Origin: Mobula birostris
Taxonomy: Eukaryota
Direction: 5' to 3'
Assembly: GCF_030028105.1 (NCBI RefSeq)
Contig: NC_092383.1
Coordinates: 86,571,921-86,635,920, forward strand
DNA: 64,000 nt
How positions within the stretch are numbered: the first letter of the stretch is position 1; each line of letters starts with the position of its first letter. Positions 36,078 through 49,035 of this stretch are shown one piece after another. Below the pieces are notes generated by a model. That model was not told the origin of the DNA. It made no database searches and was given only the letters and a program-made list of their open reading frames with translations. A program made the translations under genes and the position numbers.

Positions 36078-37169
36078 CTGAGGGAGAAATTCTTCAGAAA
36101 ATTTACAGGTAAAATTAAATTTACACAAGTAGATTCAAGATTGTTTAATGTCATTTCTTGTATACAAATGTAAAGGAGAACAAAATCATTGTTCCTCTCG
36201 ATCTGAAGCAGCACAAAAACAAAAAAAAAATAAAGAAAGCAATAATAATAATAAAAGATGTTTTACTTAAAGCCTCTTTTGCACATTGGACATTTGTCGG
36301 ACTTTGTTGTGTGTGGTTTGTCATGGATTCTATTGTGTTTCTTTGATTTGTGCATGTGTGAAAGAAGATGAATCTCTAGGTCGTTTATGGTGTATATACT
36401 TTGATAATAAGTTTACATTGAATTTTGAACTTGGAAAGTGGCTAATGGGATGACTGATGGAATTGAACTCAGGCAGTGTGAAATGATGAATTTTGGGAAA
36501 TTGAACAAGGGCAAACCTTACGCAGTAGAGAACTAGGTGTGCAACTACACAGATACCTGAAAATGGTAAGACAGATACCTGAAAGTGGCAACACAGGCAG
36601 ACAAAGTGCTGAACAAGGAATATGACCAGCTTGCCTTCATATGATGGGGCATTAATACAGTTGCGATGGCATGTTAGAGCTATAAAGGACATTGTCACCA
36701 TCTCATCTTGAATACTCTGTGTAGTTCCATAGGAAGAGTGTGATTAAATTAGAGAAGGTACAGAAAGCATTCACAAAGATGCTGCTAGGACTGGAGGGTT
36801 TGGGTTATGGACAGGCTCGGACAGTTTGAAACTTGGATGTGCAAGTTCAACTATGTTTGAAATGCTCCACATTTGAATGGAGTAAGTGACAGATTATAAC
36901 ATTGCATTAAGGTAGTACAAGGGGAAACAGTAAGAGAATGCAGAATAAAGTGTTACAGTTACAGAGAAAGTGCCATGCAGTAGACAATAAGCTGCAAGCC
37001 CAGTTAGATTATAAGATCAAACACCCATTTTATCATACTACGAGAGCATCCAATAGTTTTGTAACAGTGAGAAAGAAACTGTCCTTGAAGCTTGTGGTAC
37101 ATGCTTTCAGACTCTTGTAATTTCTGCCCAATATCAGGGGAGAGGAAGAGAGTACGTCAGTGGCTAAAA

Positions 37170-39845
37170 GATGGCTGCTATTGAGAGCTGAATGTCCAAG
37201 GATCTACTGTGTATTGGAAAGATAGGTTGATAGGCAGAAGGGGTGGTGTGGCCCTGTGTATAAGAAATAATATTAAATCATTAGAAAGGGATGACAGAGG
37301 ATTGGAAGGTGTAGGGTCTCTATGAGTTGAGTTAAGAAATGTCAAGGGTAAAAGGACCCTAATGGCAGTTGTGTACAGACCTTCAAACTGCAGCTGGGAT
37401 GCGGATTACAAACTTCAGCAGGAGATAAAAAAGGCATGTCATAAGGGCAATATCATGATAACCTTCAGGGATTTTTACATGAAAACGTCTGGGGAAAGCC
37501 AGGTCAGTACTTGACCTCAAGAGAGAGGATTTGTAGAATGTCTAAGGCATAGTTTTTTAAAACAGCTTGTTATTGAGCCCACTTGGGGATAGGTTGTGCT
37601 GGATTGGGTGTTGTGCAATGATCCGGAGGTGATAAAGAGAGCTAAAGGTTAAGGAACCCTTAGGGAACAGTGATCACAATATGATCATTCACTTTGAAAT
37701 TTGAGAAGAAGAAACTAAATTCAAATGTGTTGGTATTTCAGTGGAATAAAGGAAATTACAATGGCATGAGAGGGGAACTGGCCAAAGTTGACTGGAAAGG
37801 GACACTAGCAGGAAGGACAGCAGAGCAGCAATGATTGGAGTTTCTGCGAAAAATGAGGGAAGTGCAAGGCAGATATATTCCAAATAAGAAGAAATTTTCA
37901 AATGGAAGGATGATACTACCATGGCTGACAAGTGAAGTCAGAGCCAAAGTAAAAGCAAAAGAGAGGGCATACAAGGAAGCCAGAGCTAGTGGGAAGATAG
38001 AGAATTGGGAAGATTTGAAAGACTTACAGAAGGAAACTAAGAAGGTCATTAGGAAGGAAAAGATGAATTATGAGAATAAGCTGGTAACTAATATCAAAAA
38101 AGATACTAAAGGCTTTTTTAAGTATATAAAGGGTAAAAGGGAGTCGAGGGTAGATATAGGGCCAATAGAAAATGCCGTTGGAGATATTGTAATGATAGAC
38201 ACAGAGATGGCATATTTTGCAACAGTTTTCACAGTGGAAGACCTCTGCAGTATACCTGATATTCAAGAGTGTCAGGGAAGTGAAGTATGTGCAGTGAAAA
38301 TTATGACTGAGAAGGTGCTCAAGAAGCTTAATGGTTTGAATGTGGATAAATCTCCTGGACCTAATGGAATGTACCCTTGGGTTCTGAAGGAAGTAGCTGG
38401 AGAGATTGTGGAGGCATTAGCAGTAATCTTTCAAGAATAAATATTTCTGGCATTGTACCAGATGACTGGAAAATTGCAAATGTTATTCCGCTATTTAGGA
38501 AGGGTGGGAGGCAGCAGAAAGGAAACTGTAGGCCTGTTATCCTGACATCAGTGGTTGAGAAGTTTTTGGAATTGATTGTTAGGGATGAAATTACAGAGTA
38601 CCTGGAGGCATATTGCAAGATAGGCCAAAGCTAGCAGAGTTTCCTGAAAGGAAAATCCTGCCTGACTAACCTACTGCAATTTTTTGAAGAAATTACTAGC
38701 AGGGTAGGCAAAAGAGATGCAGTGGATGTGGTGCACTTGGATCTTCCGAAGGCCTTTGACAAGGTTCCACACATGTGGCTATTTAGCAAGTTAAGAGCCC
38801 AAGGAATTACAGGGAAGTTACTAGCATGGGTGGAGTATTGGCTGATCGGTAGAAACAGAGAGTGGTAATAAAGGGATCCTATTCTGGCTGGCTGCCAGTT
38901 ACCAGTGGAGTTGCACAGGGTTTGGTGTTGGGACTGCTGCTTTTTACAATGTACAACAATGATTTGGTCTATGGGATTAATGGATTTGTAGCTAAATTTG
39001 CTGATGATACAAAAATAGGTGGAGGAGCGGGTAGTGTTGAGGAAACAGAGAGCCTGCAAAGAGCCTTAGATAGTTTAGGGGAATGGGCAAAGAAGTGGCA
39101 AATGAAATACAATGTTGGAAAGTGTATGGTCATGCACTTTTGTGGAAGAAATAAATGGGCAGACTATTATTTAGATGGGGAGATAATTCAAATTGCAGAG
39201 ATGCAAAGGGACTTGGGAGTCCTTCTGCAGGATACTCTAAAGGTTAACCTCCAGGTTGAGTCAGTGGTGATAAAGGCGAATGCAATATTGGCATTCATTT
39301 CTAGAGGTATAGAATACAAGAGCAGGGATGTGATGTTGAGGGATTATAAGAGAATGATTCCAGGAATGAAAAAGTTACTATATGGGAAACGTTTGGCAGC
39401 TCTTGGGCTGAATTCCCTGGAGTTCAGGAAAATAAGGGGGGATCTCATAGAAACATTCTGTATGTTAAAAGGCCTGAATGGATTCGAAATGGCAAAGTTA
39501 TTTCCCATGGGAGGGGAGTCTAGGACAAGAGGGCATGACTTCAGGATTGAAGGATGTCCATTTAGAACAGAAATGCAGAGAAGTTACTTTAGTCAGAGTG
39601 TCGTAAATCTGTGGAATTTTTTGCCATGAGCAGCTGTGGAGACCAAGTCATTTTGTGTATTTAAGGCAGAGATAGATAGGTTCTTGTTTAGCTAGGGTAA
39701 TCAAGAGGTATGGGTAATGAAGGGTATGGGGAGAAGGCAGGCGAGCGGGGATGACTGGACGAATTGGATCAGCCCATGATTGAATGGCGGAGCAGACTCG
39801 GTGGGCCAAATGGCCTACTTGTGCTCCTTTATCCTATGGTCTTAT
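37170..39845 (+). mobile_element. CR1 ORF2 (APE remnant to 3' tail), degenerate
   Basis: ORFs 37835-38440, 38377-38634 and 38862-39629 (GVAQGLVLG, FADDTKIGG); tail tatggtcttat. Same subfamily as 6812-10668. Confidence 0.92.
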
Positions 39846-40559
39846 CGGTAATTGGGTCTTCAATTAGATTGGCTGCTTTACCATGTCAGTGAAGTGTATT
39901 AAAATCAATTAAAAATATAAATTATTACAAATATCCATAAAGTATAATTATGTATGTATGAATGTGTATAACAATCAGGATGTGGGGAGAAGCTGAGGTA
40001 ATATCTACAGATCCCTCTGCACTCACAATTGAAGGATCTAATAAAGGAAACACTGCCTCTGCTTAAAACCAGCTCTCCTACAAAAGTCAACTCCCTCCTA
40101 ATTCCATACTGGTTTGGACATTGATTGTTGAGTTCTCACTGGTGTCACGTCAAAATCTTTTCCCCTCTGGACTGTGGAACATCTTCAACAGACCCAGTAG
40201 AAAGCCTGCAGTGAATGTATCAGGGCAAACAGTTTGACATCACATGAGCTCCTCCAAGCACACATTGTAGATGGAGATGTCTCCTGCTGTTACATAACCA
40301 GCACATAGAGAAATAACTTGAAATGTGATGTCCTCAGCCAGTAATTGAGCAGGAACTTTGCCTTGCTGTGACTTTCGCTGCTGTGGAACCAGTGGTAAAG
40401 AAGCTTTGCAAGTTCTTGGCCAGTACAGCTCAACTTATGTCATGGGATAGAGTTAGCCGTGGAACTGTCAGAGTAAATGCTACAGGGAGCACCCTCTGAG
40501 TCATGACAAATGGAGGAACATGTTCTAATTTCCTCATCACAGACATAGCACAGCAGTGT

Positions 40560-41420
40560 GATGTAAACATGACGCTATTTCCATTCTGATGAGCTGCAGA
40601 TCAGGAAGGTTCAGGGATGCCACTTTCCTGTAAGAATGAAGTGCAAGTCTGGCAGGATTAGGAAATCCTGGCTGACAAGGGATATTGAGATTCTGGTCAG
40701 GAAAAACAAGGCATCGGCAGTGAATCCCTTGAGGAATGTAAGAGATATAGGTATACAATTAAAAGAGATCAGGAAAGCAAATAGAGTATGTGAGATAACA
40801 TAAGCAGATAAGGTAAAAGAATTCTGAGAGTCTTACACGTCTATTAAAAGGAGAAGAGCAACAAGGAAGAGATTAAGTTCCCATAATGATTAATGTGATC
40901 ATCCATATGTGGAGCTACAGGAGACTGGTGAGGTCTTAAATTAATATTTCTTGTCTGTATTTACTGTGGAGCAGGTCATGGAAGATAGGAATTAAGGGAA
41001 ATGAATAGTGTTCTATTGGAACATATCATTACAAAAGAAGAGTTGCTGGCAGTCTTGAAGAATATAATTTTCAGATAATCTCATAGGGCCTGAGCAAGTG
41101 TAGCCCAGGATATTATGAGGAGCTAGGGAGAAATTACTAAGGCCTTGGCAGAGATATCTGCATCACCCAGCCATAAGTGAGGGAACAGAAGTGTGGAGGA
41201 TTAATGGCAAATATTGTGGCTTTATGTAAAGAAGGGGTACAAAGGCACGCCAGGAAGCTGCATGTCAGTGAGACCAACATCACTGGTCGGAACCTTACAA
41301 GAGAGGATTCTGAGAAATAGAGTCGACTAGCAATTGGATAAGCAAGGACTGATGAGGAATAGTCTGCATGGGAAATCAGATCTCACCAATATGAATGAGC
41401 ATTTGAAGAGGTGACAGTGT
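40560..41420 (+). mobile_element. Old CR1 ORF2 fragment
   Basis: Degenerate pre-RT sequence (gggcctgagcaagtgtagcccagg, gtctgcatggg). Confidence 0.55.
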
Positions 41421-41639
41421 CACGATGTACGCTGGCAATGTTGGAACCCAATTGCACAGGAAATCCAGACTCCAATGTGGAGACGGAGACCAAAGTTTAT
41501 TCATAGGAATTCCAACAGAATGTCAATGGCTGAGCGGCAACTGCAAGACTGAACGCTCTCAAATTGGACCCCGCGATTAGCGCTAATCAGGCATCCGCTT
41601 AAGTAATACAAGTAATATGGAATTCCTGAGCCTATCAAA

Positions 41640-43700
41640 ATGATGGAACGCACACCATGATGGACTGTTTATTGTCACCAGATATTTTAACCACGTGAAC
41701 CTTAAGTCAGTGCTCCCCAGATTCCATCAGAACATGGACTTTGCAACGAGAGGGGAGAATGTGTTGGACCTTGTTTACACAAACATTCCCGACCCCACCT
41801 CAGCTACTCAGACCACGTCTCTGTTATGCTAATCCCAGCGTACAGACAGCACATCAGGCGCGCCAGACCTGTTCAGAAGCAGGTGAAAACCTGGCCAGCA
41901 GGAGCCATCTCTGCTCTTCAAGAATGCTTTGAGCACACTGACTGGCACATGTTCAGGGAGGCTGCAACTGACGGCGACTCTACCAGCTTAGAGGAGTACA
42001 CGGCATCAGTGACTCAGCAAGTGCGTCAATGACGTCACTGTGGCCAAGACCATCACTACACGCGCTAACCAGAAGCCATGGATGACCACAGAGGTGCGTG
42101 CGCTGCTGAGGACCTGTGACTCCACCTTCAGAGCAGGCGACAGGGCAGCCCTAACAACAGCAAGGGCCAAACTGTCCCGGGCCATCAAAAAAGCAAAGCG
42201 TGCACACGCCCAGCGAATCCACAGCCACTTCCAGGATAGGGGCGGCACATGGCACCTGTGGAAAGGCATTCAGAACATCACCAACTACAAGACAACACCA
42301 CCTGCCCGTGCTGGTGATGCCTCCCTCCCAGATGCGTTGAATAACTTCTATGCTCGTTTTGAGGTGAAAAATGACATGGCAGTGAGGAAGACCACTCCTC
42401 CTCCGAACAACCAGGTGCTGTGTCTTACCTTGGCTGATGTGAGGAGAACCCTGTGCAGGGTCAACCCATGGAAGGCTGCTGGACCAGACAATATTCCTGG
42501 CAAAGTGCTTAGAGTATGTGAAGACCAGCTAGCTGAGATTCTCACTGACATCTTCAACATCTCCGAGCAGCACCGTCGTTCCTACGTGCTTCAAGGCCGC
42601 CACCATCGTCCCCGTGCCGAAGAAGTCTTCAGTGTCCTGCCTCAACAACTACCATCCCGTCACACTCACAACCATCATCATGAAGTGTTTCGAGAGGCTC
42701 GTCATGGAGCACATCAAGACCCTGCTGCCCCCCTCACTGGACCCCCTGCAGTTCACGTACCGTCCCAACCGTTCAACAGACGATCCCATTGCCATCACCC
42801 TCCACCTGGACAAAAAAGACACTTACGTTCGAATGCTGTTCATAGACTTCAGTTCAGCATTCAACACAATCATTCCTCAGAAACTGATTGGAAAGCTGAG
42901 CCTACTGGGCCTGAACACCTCCCTCTGCAACTGGATCCTAGACTTCCTGACTGGGAGATCTCAGTCCGGATTGGAAGCAGCACCTCCAACACCATCACAC
43001 TGAGCACGGGGGCCCCCCAGGGCTGTGTGCTCAGTCCACTGCTGTTCACTCTGCTGACCCACAACTGTGCTGCAACACACAACTCGAACCAAATCACCAA
43101 ATTTGCCAATGACACGGCCGTGGTGGGTCTCATCAGCGAGAATTATGAGTCAGCTTACAGAGAGGAGGTGCAGCGGCTAACAGACTGGTGCAGAGCCAAC
43201 AACCTGTCCCTGAATGTGAACAAAACAAAAGAGTTTGTTGTTGACTTCAGGCTTCAGGAGGACACGGAGCGACCACTCTCTGCTGAACATGAATGACTCC
43301 TCCGTAGAGATCGGTAACAGCACCAAATTTCTTAGTGTTCACATGGCGGTGAATCTCACCTGGTCCCTCAACACCAGCTCCAGAGCAAAGAAAGCCCAGC
43401 AGCGTCTCTACTTTCTGCGAAGGATGAGAAAAGTCCATCTCTCACCTCCCGTCCTCACCACAGTCTACAGAGGTTGTATTGAGAACATCCTGAACAGCTG
43501 CATCACTGCCTGGTTCGGAAATTGCACCATCTTGGATCGCAAGACCCTTCAGCGGATAGTGAGGTCAGCTGGGTAGATCATCGGGATCTCTCTTCCCACC
43601 ATTACCGACATTTACACATCACGCTGCATCCGTAAAGCAAACAGCATTATGAAGGACTCCATGCACCCTTCATACAAACTCTTCTCCCTCCTGCCATCGA
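41640..43700 (+). mobile_element. Rex1/Babar-type LINE, frameshifted
   Basis: [73 protein letters not shown]. Confidence 0.9.
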
Positions 43701-44427
43701 GCTGCCATAGCAATCCATAGAAATGGATACATTAACAAAGGTTAAGAGACATTTTGACAGATGTGTGGATAGGAAAGGCTTAGAACAGGGCTTCACAAAC
43801 TTTTTTATGCCATGGACCTTAATTCATCAACTTCAGTTTGTTTATTTATGTGTAATTAATCTGTAGATTTCATTCTCACTTTCATAAACTATTATGCATT
43901 ATGTATACTGCAGTGCTTTGCATCTTGGTTTGGAGAAACATTGCCTCACTGGACGGTATACATGTATATAGTTAAATGACAATAAACTTGACTGGACTGG
44001 ACTGGACTTGATCCCAGGTTGGGAGCCCCTGGCAGAGAAGGATATGGAATAAATAAAATTAAATGTGCTGAACTTAGATGAACATCCTGGTTGGCTTGGA
44101 CGAGTCAGGCTGAAGGGCCTGTTGTTCTAATATATATCAAAGACATTATGATTCTATACATGAGCTTCAACTGCTATGCTTAAATTTTTAAATAATTGGG
44201 GAAGAGAAATTTTTCTTTGATCTCAGGCTTGACGCATGTTCAAGAAAATCAGGAATGCTCAGTTTCCAAGATATGAGTTTGTTGAAGTTAATCATGTCAA
44301 ATATGATAAACACTAGTTGAAGAGAAACAGATTTCTCTCCCAACTGGCTCTACTTGGAAGCAGTAGCAGTGAAACCACCCGCAGCGAAAACCTTATACTT
44401 TACATCTGGGCTGGAGTAGTTTCTTAC

Positions 44428-44482
44428 CTTTGTGCGGTTGTCATCAATTCTGTCACAGTATTTTCACAGAAATCAATTCTCC
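44428..44482 (-). CDS. Gene B stalk mini-exon (G)RIDFCENTVTELMTTAQ
   Basis: Acceptor tttattttcttttaacag, donor AAG|GTAAGA; 55 nt, phase 1 in and phase 2 out, bridging C2b and TM exactly. Confidence 0.8.
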
Positions 44483-44744
44483 CTGTTAAAAGAAAATAAA
44501 ATAAAATTTCAGCTGCTTTGTACTTGCAAGAACAAGAGAGCACAGTTATTAGACCAATAGGTACTTGAACATGGTGGACCAAAGGTGATCTATTACCTGA
44601 TGCACATTTAAAGATTAAAGATGAGCTTTATTTGTCGCATGTACATCTGATCATACAGTGAAATGTATCGTTTACAACAGTTACCAACAGAGTTTGTGCT
44701 GGGGGCAGCCTGCAAGGGTTCCATGCTTCTCGCACCAAAATGGC

Positions 44745-44905
44745 TTCCATAGGACTTACTCATCCTAACCTGTGCATTTCTGGAACGTGGGAGGAAACTG
44801 CGGCCCCAGAGGAAATCCTCGCAGTCACTGGGAGAACATACAAACAACTTGCAAACAGTGGTGGCAATTGGACCCTGATCGCCGATCGCTGGTGCTGTAA
44901 TAGTG
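44745..44905 (-). mobile_element. V-SINE copy
   Basis: Reverse complement of the core seen at 1644-1930. Confidence 0.6.
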
Positions 44906-45179
44906 TTACAGTTAATTGCTGTGCTCCTGTGCAGCCAATTACATTTACTGGCAGTTTGGATACAGGGAGATAATCCAACAGGATAATGCAGGAGGTTTTC
45001 TCAATGAAAAAGCAAGGTCTTTTGTTTCTCACATCTCTTGATGTCTCTACCTCTGAGAAAAATAACTCAATCTTTCTTGAATACTGGTTCACCACATTCT
45101 GGGAGAAGAAATCTTTCCTAATCCCAGTCTTAAATGTCTCACCCTTCAGATAATTTCTAAGATTCCAAGCTTACTTACT

Positions 45180-45600
45180 TACTGTCCGTTACACCACTGG
45201 TGTTTAGGGCAGCAATGAAGGTGTCCTATCTCTGGCAGTGTTCGGGGCTTCCTTCATTGTGTCAGTAGGTTCCTCTCGGTTTTCACTGCTGTCAGTCATG
45301 CAAGTCCCAGGTAGAGACTGAGCAATACCGTCAAACTCTGATGGAGAGGAATTTTTCATTTCTGTTTCCATGACAATTTTGTTGAACCAATCAGGCTTGT
45401 CAGTCCTGAGTGAACCCCCCGAACCTGGAGGATTGGGGGACCACTCTAAGTCTGGCCCCTACCCTCTGACCTGTTCGGCATGGGTGACCCGATGAACTGC
45501 CAAAGCATAAAGCCCTCACTCCAGCCAACGTAGCTCTCTGCGTCATTGAGGCATGCAAACCTCCAAATCTAACGACAAATTTGTGGTTCTCTTGGAGGTA
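45180..45600 (+). mobile_element. RTE-like LINE 5' region fragment
   Basis: aaccccccgaacctggaggattgggg..gacctgttcggcatgggtgaccc resembles RTE 5' UTRs (recognised from recall). Confidence 0.4.
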
Positions 45601-46199
45601 AGTCTCATTAGACTATCCTGTATTCCCTGGCATTTGAAGCATCCTACCTGCATCTGTATCACCCTGCTAAAATATTGCTCATTTCTATGTGATCACCTCT
45701 CAGCCTACTGAACTCCATCAAATAAAAACCAATTACATTTGCTCTCTGATCTTGTGTCACTTGTGGCATTCCAGAAATCAGTCTGCTGATCCTTTGCTTG
45801 CCTTCTTCCTTAACAAGAACATCTTTCATTGAACCAAATCTGCTGACAATGCTGGTGGCCCAAGACTGAGGCTCGAGTCAATGTCTGATCGATTTAAGCT
45901 TCAGGCCAGAAAGGAAAGATCGGGTATGGGCCAAATCGAGGCGGTGAGTCCTGCGTACAAGAGCGTGTCAAAGCAGCAAGAACCCCTACCATCCAAGCTA
46001 TGCTGTCTTCTTGCTGCTGTCAGTACGAAGGAGTTGCAGGGGGCTTAGATCCCATATTACCAGGTTCAGGACCAATTATTATCTGCAACCTGTAGGCTCC
46101 TGAAACATCATGGATAAATTCACTCACCAACACTGAACTGATTCTGCAACCGATGGACTCACTTTCAAGGATTCTACAGTTCATCTTCTCAGTATTTAT

Positions 46200-46570
46200 T
46201 TGTTTATCTCCTTCACCTTTCCCCTTTCCCTCTCTCACCATTCTCCTAACCTGCCCATGACCTCCCCCTGGCGAGCCTCCACTTTCCCTGCTTTCCATGG
46301 CCTTCTGTCCCCTATCAGATTTCCCCTCCTCCAGCCCTTTATCGCTTTCACCAATTGACTTTCCAGCTCTTTACTTCAACCCTCCCACTCTCTCAATTTC
46401 ACCTTGTACTTCTCCATCTCCTCCCACCGACTTTCTTACGTTGACTTCTAATCTCCTTTCCTTTCCAGTCCTGATGAAGGGTCTCAGCCCGAAACGATGA
46501 CTGATGACTCTTTTCAATAGGTGTTCCCTGGCCTTCTGAGTACCTCCAGCAATTTGTGTGTAGTGCTTTG
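46200..46570 (+). mobile_element. Penelope-like terminal repeat containing a minimal type I hammerhead motif (46466-46503)
   Basis: CAGTC-CTGATGA-A-GGGTCTCAGCCC-GAAA-CG-AT-GACTG; helix I CAGTC/GACTG; cleavage triplet mutated. Confidence 0.65.
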
Positions 46571-47083
46571 CTTTCCAGCATCTGCAGGTATTCTCTTGTT
46601 AATTATTTATCTATTATTTGTTTCTTTTGTATTTGCACAATTTGTCTTATTTTGCACATTGATTGTTTGACATTTTTGATTGTGTGTAGTTTTACATTGA
46701 GTCTGTTGTATTCATTTGTATCTACTGTGAATGCCTGCAAGAAAATGGATCTCGGGGTAGTATATGGTGACAAAAACTTAATTTTCTTTCAACTTTGAAG
46801 TGATTTATCTTGGAAGGACTATCTTAATGAATGGCCAGAAATATTACCAGATGAGATACATTCACACCCAGCCAGCGAGAGTCAGATCAGAGACAGGAGA
46901 CCCTGTGCTGAGAGACTCACATTTAAACGGCTGTGCCGAAAAGCTTCTCATTCTCTGAAACGTGGTGACAACATACACTTAATGCTCCTGTGTGAAGTTC
47001 CAACAACACAATATCCAGCACACATCAGTCATTCAGTTGTACTCCATTGACCATCATAAAGAATCAAACCCTCCAGCACTTAC

Positions 47084-47404
47084 CCATGCTGTTGACTTCA
47101 ATCACATTTCTGCAGCTGCTGACACTGTTGGACATGGACACACTGACCACTTCACTGGACTTCTCTCCATTAATATTTGAGGCTTTGCAATAATACAGAT
47201 AATTTTTGTATTTTATGGATTGGCAATGTAGATCAAGTTTGTTTGTGTCAGAGATCTTTGAATCCTCAGATGGCGTCTTTTCATACCATGAGTACTGAAT
47301 GGGAAGGGATCCATGGACAGACTCACAGGACACTGACACGGAGTCCCCACAATTTGAGCCATTTGTTTGTGGTGAAAATCGAAGCAAAGGAAGAGACACA
47401 GGTT
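47084..47404 (-). CDS. Gene B exon: C2-type Ig domain C2b
   Basis: Acceptor ctgttccacag|AA at 47404, donor G|GTAAGT at 47084; 321 nt open. EPVSLPLLRF..NCGDSVSVSC..YSWY..LHC..YYC..SCRNVIEVNSM. Confidence 0.88.
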
Positions 47405-47994
47405 CTGTGGAACAGAATTAGTGAACATCTGAAAATCAAACACAAAGATTTCAGCAGTTCTGTATCTCAACCAGGAGCCACCAGTTTGGAATCTCAGCAG
47501 CTCATCTACTCCACTGTGTCTCGTCATCCTCACAGCTGCCAGAACGTACATGTCTGTCAGTACCTCCAAAAACAGCAGGACTCCTGATCAGATCAACAGT
47601 GGTGACACAGAGTATGTGTCAGTATGAAATTCAGGGCTTCAGTCTCTCTCAGCAGTGGGGAAACAGTCTAAAGTGAGACCAAACAGTTTGACTCTGGAAT
47701 AGCAGCATTTGTGGATGTTCTGGAAAACTCTCCATAGGTTGAAAGCAGGAAATTGTCAGATACATACAAAATGAATGGTGACTTCATTTTGTGAAGTCAG
47801 AAAGAGATGAGTTATACAGCTCTCGTTACATGCACGTGCAGTTCAACTCTTTGAGTGATAATGCATTATGCAGAAAGTTTAAAGTTAATAACTCATCTCC
47901 TTCTACTTTAGGCCACGAACGTATCAATCACCTCTGATGTGGACCACTTTCTGGAAGTCCAAAATGCCGGCTTCTACAAAGAATGGATCTGTAT

Positions 47995-49035
47995 GCTCCA
48001 TGACTCTTTAGATGCTGGATTAGTTCCTGAGGATTGGAGGGTGGCATGTAACCCCACTTTTTAAAAAAGGAGTGAGAGAGAAACTGGGGAATTATAGAAT
48101 GGTAAGCCTGACATCGGTGGTGGGGAAAATGCTAGAGTCAGTTATCAAAGGTGTGATAACAGCACACTTGGAAAGCGGTGAAATCATCGGACAGAGTCAG
48201 CATGGATTTGTGAAAGGAAAATCATGTCTGACGAATCTCAGAATTTTTTGAGGATGTAACTAGTAGAGTGGGTAGAGGATAACCAGTGGATGTGGTATAT
48301 TTGGATTTTCAAAAGGCTTTTGACAAGGTCCCTCACAGGAGATTAGTGTGCAAACTTAAAGCATACGGTATTGGTGGTATGCTATTGATGTGGATAGAAA
48401 ATTGGTTGGCAGACAGGAAGCAAAGAGTGGGAATAAATGGGACCTTTTCAGAATGGCAAGCAGTGACTAGTGGGGTACCGCAAGACTCAGTGCTGGGACC
48501 CCAGTTGTTTACAATATATATAAATGACTTAGACAAGGGAATTAAATGCAGCATCTCCAAGTTTGCGGATGACACGAGGCTGGGCGGCAGTGTTAGCTGT
48601 GAGGAGCATGCTAAGAGGATGCAGGGTGACTTGGATAGGTTAGAAGCGGGCAATTCAGAAGTTTTCCAGATGTTCCTCTGTACTCTCATGTCCGTCTCAA
48701 TCAAATCAGAATTGTGCACGGTCCCCTACTTAACAGATAACAGACATCACCATCGAAGTGGTTGTGCGTGCTGCTGTCGCGCCGCCATCTTATCCTTCTC
48801 ATTAGTAAAGGCTTCATCTCCCTCTGGCTGAAGAAGTTCCTCCTCATGTCTCTTTTAAAGGGACATCTTTCCATTCTGAGTCTGTGCTTTCTGGTCCTAG
48901 ATGCCCACACTGTAGGGAACCTCTCTTCACATCCACTGGGGTTTGCAATGCTCGATAGCTTTCAATAAAATCCACCCTCATTCTTCTAAACTCCAGCACG
49001 CACAGGCCCAGAGCCTTCAAATGATGTTCATACAT
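47995..49035. mobile_element. Mosaic of CR1 fragments (+ 47995-48640; - 48810-49035) with a short unclassified insert
   Basis: YLDFQKAFDKVPH..GVPQDSVLGP..FADD on +; CR1 C-terminal motifs on -. Occupies the position where gene A has V'. Confidence 0.8.

Noticed and set aside
41417-41640. Possible LTR fragment starting TGTCACG
   Set aside because: No matching end, PBS or TSD identified; too little support to call.
44317-44499. Plus-strand ORF with a TM-like stretch (ENLILYIWAGVVSYLCAVVINSV)
   Set aside because: It is the antisense shadow of the minus-strand stalk exon and its splice sites; no plus-strand gene context.
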